This document shows, one piece after another, positions 57,272-64,000 of a DNA stretch of 64,000 bases. How positions within the stretch are numbered: position 1 is the stretch's first letter; every line of letters begins with the position of its first letter. A program made the translations under genes and the position numbers. A model generated the notes under the pieces. The model did not search any database, was not told where the DNA came from, and saw nothing but the letters and a program-made list of their open reading frames with translations. The stretch comes from Anaeromyxobacteraceae bacterium (lineage in GTDB: Bacteria; Myxococcota; Myxococcia; Myxococcales; Anaeromyxobacteraceae): assembly GCA_032654565.1 (NCBI GenBank), contig JAULAX010000015.1, positions 832,001 through 896,000 on the forward strand, given 5' to 3'.

Positions 57272-57502
57272 CTGTTGTTCTCCCGTTCTTGCGAGAGGGA
57301 ACATGCACCTCCCGCGCCCGCCGGGCGCTCGCAGGCGCACTGGATTCCAGGCGTCAGGACGACGTCGCGGGCCGGTCTCGAACGTTCTCGGGCGTTCGGA
57401 AGGCCCGGGGGACAAGCCACGTAGCCCGCCGGTGGCGTCTCCCCGGCACCTCTGTTATCTCCAGAGACCCCCGCGGTCCTCCCCGCCGGGCCCCAAGACC
57501 CC

Positions 57503-60181
<2,679 letters not shown>

Positions 60182-60305
60182 AGACCAACCGGGCGAGGCG
60201 AGGATCGCCGTCGCCGCAGCGCTCGCTGCGGCCGTCGCCCGCGCGGTCATGGCGTGGCGCGTCGTCGGAGGCCTGCGGCAGCGGCGGCGAAGCGCGCCCA
60301 GGCCG

Positions 60306-60335
60306 TTGACCGCCGCCACGGCCGGTGCCTACATT
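60306..60335 (+). promoter_or_regulatory. Putative sigma-70 promoter
   Basis: TTGACC-N18-TACATT, 11 nt upstream of ATG 60347. Confidence 0.4.
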
Positions 60336-60346
60336 TCCGCGCGTCG

Positions 60347-60727
60347 ATGCCCGCCGCCCGGACCATGACCCTGCCGACCAGCCGCGATCTCCGGGTCGTC
60401 GATCTCGGCGAGGCCCGCGAGGCGCGGCGGCTGCGCGAGTTCCAGGCCCGCACCCGCGCCGTCGACGAGCTCAACCGCAAGGCGCTGGCGCGGCTCTACC
60501 AGACCGGCCTGGTCTATACGCGCCAGGGGGCGCGGCTGGGGCGCGACCTGCTGCTGGCGCACCAGCACCTGCTCCGCGTCGGCGACCTGCTGATCCGCGT
60601 CGGCGAGCTCAACGGCCCGGCCGCCGTCAGGGACGCCGAGGCCTTCTACGCCGAGGCCCAGGAGCTGCTGGCCCGCACCACCAAGCTGACCAGCCGCACC
60701 GGGCTGGTCTTCGCGCGCGGCCGGTAG
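60347..60727 (+). CDS. Hypothetical helical protein
   Basis: Host-like codon usage; RVVDLGEAREARR...LYQTGLVYTRQGARLGRDLLLAHQHL. Start is 60347 or 60365. Confidence 0.7.
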   Translation: MPAARTMTLPTSRDLRVVDLGEAREARRLREFQARTRAVDELNRKALARLYQTGLVYTRQGARLGRDLLLAHQHLLRVGDLLIRVGELNGPAAVRDAEAFYAEAQELLARTTKLTSRTGLVFARGR

Positions 60728-60901
60728 CGCCCCCGGGGAACGGCCCGGCGGCAGCGAGGGCACCGGGTGCGCGCTCCAGCGCGGGGCCCGAGCGCCCCCC
60801 TCCGGAGGACGTGGACGGATCACCCGGCAGGGGTTCAAGATGGGGACACGGCGCGGGGCCGCTCCTCATCCGGTGGCCGGGCGCGCCGAGGAGGCGTGGC
60901 C

Positions 60902-61156
60902 ATGTCCAGTCCGAACAGGATGCCAAGGCACATCATCTGGCTGTCGCTGGGGGCGGTGGCTTCGTTCGCCGGGAGCGTGGCGACCTTCGCCGGGATCGGC
61001 GCGGTCGCCAGCCCGGGCGCTGGACCGCCCGACGCCGGGGTCAACGCGCTGGGGGTCTACTTCCTGGTCTTCGCGCTCGGCGTGGGCGGGCTGGTCCTGG
61101 CCGCGATGGCCGGCAAGGAGCTGCTCGACTTCCGGCGCCAGCTCCGCGTGCTCTGA
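60902..61156 (+). CDS. Small two-TM membrane protein
   Basis: GAGGAGG RBS; two hydrophobic segments. Confidence 0.65.
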   Translation: MSSPNRMPRHIIWLSLGAVASFAGSVATFAGIGAVASPGAGPPDAGVNALGVYFLVFALGVGGLVLAAMAGKELLDFRRQLRVL

Positions 61157-61179
61157 CCTGTCGTGGCATCATGGCCGGC

Positions 61180-62184
61180 ATGAACGGCCGCCTCCTCGAG
61201 CTCGAGCTCGACGCCCCCGCGCTCTCCGGCAACCCCCTCGGCGACCCCACCCGCCGCCCGCTCTTCGCCTGGCTCCCGCCCGGCCACGCCGACGGGGCCG
61301 GGCTGCCGGCCGTCTACTTCCTCCACGGCTTCACCGGGAGCGGGCGGGGCTGGCTCAACGTCTCCCCCTGGAGCCCCACCGTGCCGGAGCGGCTCGACGC
61401 CCTGGTCTCCGCCGGCGAGGTGCCGCCGCTGGTGGGCGTCTTCGTGGACGGCTGGACCTCGCTGGGCGGCAGCCAGTGGGTCAACTCGCCGGCCATCGGC
61501 CGCTACCAGGACTACCTGGCCGACGACGTGGTCGGGTTCATCGAGCGCACCCTGGCCACGCTGCCGCGCCGCGAGGCCAGGGCCCTGGTCGGCAAGAGCT
61601 CGGGCGGTTACGGCGTGCTGCGCATGGGGCGCGACCGGCCGGAGGTCTTCGCCCACCTGGCCTGCCACGCCGGCGACGCCGGCTTCGAGTGGTGCTACGG
61701 CCCGGACCTCCCCAAGGCGGCCGCGGCGCTGCTCGGCGCCACCGACGCCGCGGCCTGGCTCGAGGCCGCGGTGCGCCGGGCCCGGGAGACCAGGCTGGCC
61801 GGCAGCGACCACCCGGTGCTCAACGTCCTCGCCATGGCCGCCGCCTACTCGCCGGATGCCACGGCGCCGCTGGGCGCGGCGCTGCCGTTCGAGCTCCCCA
61901 GCGGCCGGGTGCGCCCCGAGGTCTGGGCCCGCTGGCTGGAGGCCGACCCGGTCCGCTTCGTGCCGCGGGCCCTCGAGGCCTTCCGCAGCCTGGCCACGGT
62001 CTTCCTCGACTGCGGCAGCCGCGACGAGTTCAACCTGCGCTGGGGGGCCCGCCAGGTGGCCGAGGCGCTGCGCGCCGGCGGCGTCGCCGTGGTCCACGAG
62101 GAGTTCGAGGACGGCCACATGGGCATCAATTACCGGTACGACAGGTCGCTGCGGCTGCTGGGGGCGCGGCTGGCGCGGATGTAG
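61180..62184 (+). CDS. Alpha/beta-hydrolase esterase (Fes/antigen-85-like)
   Basis: NPLGDP, YFLHGF, nucleophile elbow GKSSGG, DCGSRDEF and FEDGH. Start is 61171 or 61180. Confidence 0.85.
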   Translation: MNGRLLELELDAPALSGNPLGDPTRRPLFAWLPPGHADGAGLPAVYFLHGFTGSGRGWLNVSPWSPTVPERLDALVSAGEVPPLVGVFVDGWTSLGGSQWVNSPAIGRYQDYLADDVVGFIERTLATLPRREARALVGKSSGGYGVLRMGRDRPEVFAHLACHAGDAGFEWCYGPDLPKAAAALLGATDAAAWLEAAVRRARETRLAGSDHPVLNVLAMAAAYSPDATAPLGAALPFELPSGRVRPEVWARWLEADPVRFVPRALEAFRSLATVFLDCGSRDEFNLRWGARQVAEALRAGGVAVVHEEFEDGHMGINYRYDRSLRLLGARLARM

Positions 62185-62264
62185 GACAACCGGCGACCAG
62201 GTCGGGTGGCAGGCGCCGGCCTTCCGGTGTATTGAGGCTGCCTCAACCCAGCCAGGAGCCTCGC

Positions 62265-62825
62265 ATGCGACGTCTTGCCACCGCTGCCCTCGCCGCCGCT
62301 TTCCTCTCCGCCACCCCTGCGCTGGCCGCTCCAGCGCCGGCCGCCGCCACCGGGAGCAAGTCGGTGGTGGGCTGGGGCATCCTCGGGTGGGGCAGCGCCG
62401 TCGGCGTCGGCGCCACCTTCCAGCTGCCGCTGGTGCCGCAGGGGCTGATCCACGACCCCGGCTTCCGGCTCCGCGACACCCTCGACCTCGACCTCGGCCT
62501 CGACTACCTGAGCTACTGGGACCACCACTACTACTACGCCGGCGGACCCTACTACGACGTCAGCGTCGTCAACCTGCACGCCGGCGTGATCTGGAACTTC
62601 TGGCTGACCCCGACGCTGGCGGTCTACCCCAAGGTCGGGCTGGGCTACGGCATCGTGCACTACAGCTACTCGAACAACGTCAACCCCGGCTTCGCCACCA
62701 CCAGCTACGGCGGCCTCTACCCGGAGCTGGCGGTGGGCGGCCAGCTCCGGCTCTCCGGCGCGCTCACGGTGCGCAGCGAGCTGGGCTGGTCCGGCCTCAA
62801 GGTCGGCCTCGGCTTCGACTTCTAG
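62265..62825 (+). CDS. Small outer-membrane beta-barrel protein
   Basis: AGGAG RBS; signal peptide; amphipathic strands; terminal GLGFDF (C-terminal Phe). Confidence 0.75.
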   Translation: MRRLATAALAAAFLSATPALAAPAPAAATGSKSVVGWGILGWGSAVGVGATFQLPLVPQGLIHDPGFRLRDTLDLDLGLDYLSYWDHHYYYAGGPYYDVSVVNLHAGVIWNFWLTPTLAVYPKVGLGYGIVHYSYSNNVNPGFATTSYGGLYPELAVGGQLRLSGALTVRSELGWSGLKVGLGFDF

Positions 62826-62842
62826 GGCCGGGCTCCGGGGGC

Positions 62843-64000
<1,158 letters not shown>

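Overview
Very GC-rich bacterial chromosomal window. Gene content (S41 protease, BatABCDE/MoxR operon, ECF sigma plus Ser/Thr kinase, class III cytochrome c, TRAP binding protein) suggests a myxobacterium such as Anaeromyxobacter; this is inference, not a database result. About 50 densely packed CDSs, from a partial S41 protease at the left edge to a partial ftsZ at the right edge. Housekeeping genes include gshA, thrH, yciH/SUI1, dusB, trmB, alaS and ftsZ. I found no rRNA, tRNA, CRISPR array, integrase, transposase or reverse transcriptase. The strongest candidate for an undescribed system is a TGT fused to an MnmD/MnmC-type SAM methyltransferase (28475-30481). Its catalytic and Zn residues are intact, but the anticodon-contacting motifs are altered, which suggests a different base-exchange-plus-methylation tRNA modification. 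Also notable: a tetraheme cytochrome c3 fused to a DUF1566-like domain and flanked by a degenerate 61-bp copy of the 3' end of yciH, and a 47-57 kb surface-protein region containing a 190-bp degenerate gene-fragment duplication around two genes with atypical codon usage. Start codons were refined by eye from overlaps and RBS motifs and are approximate.
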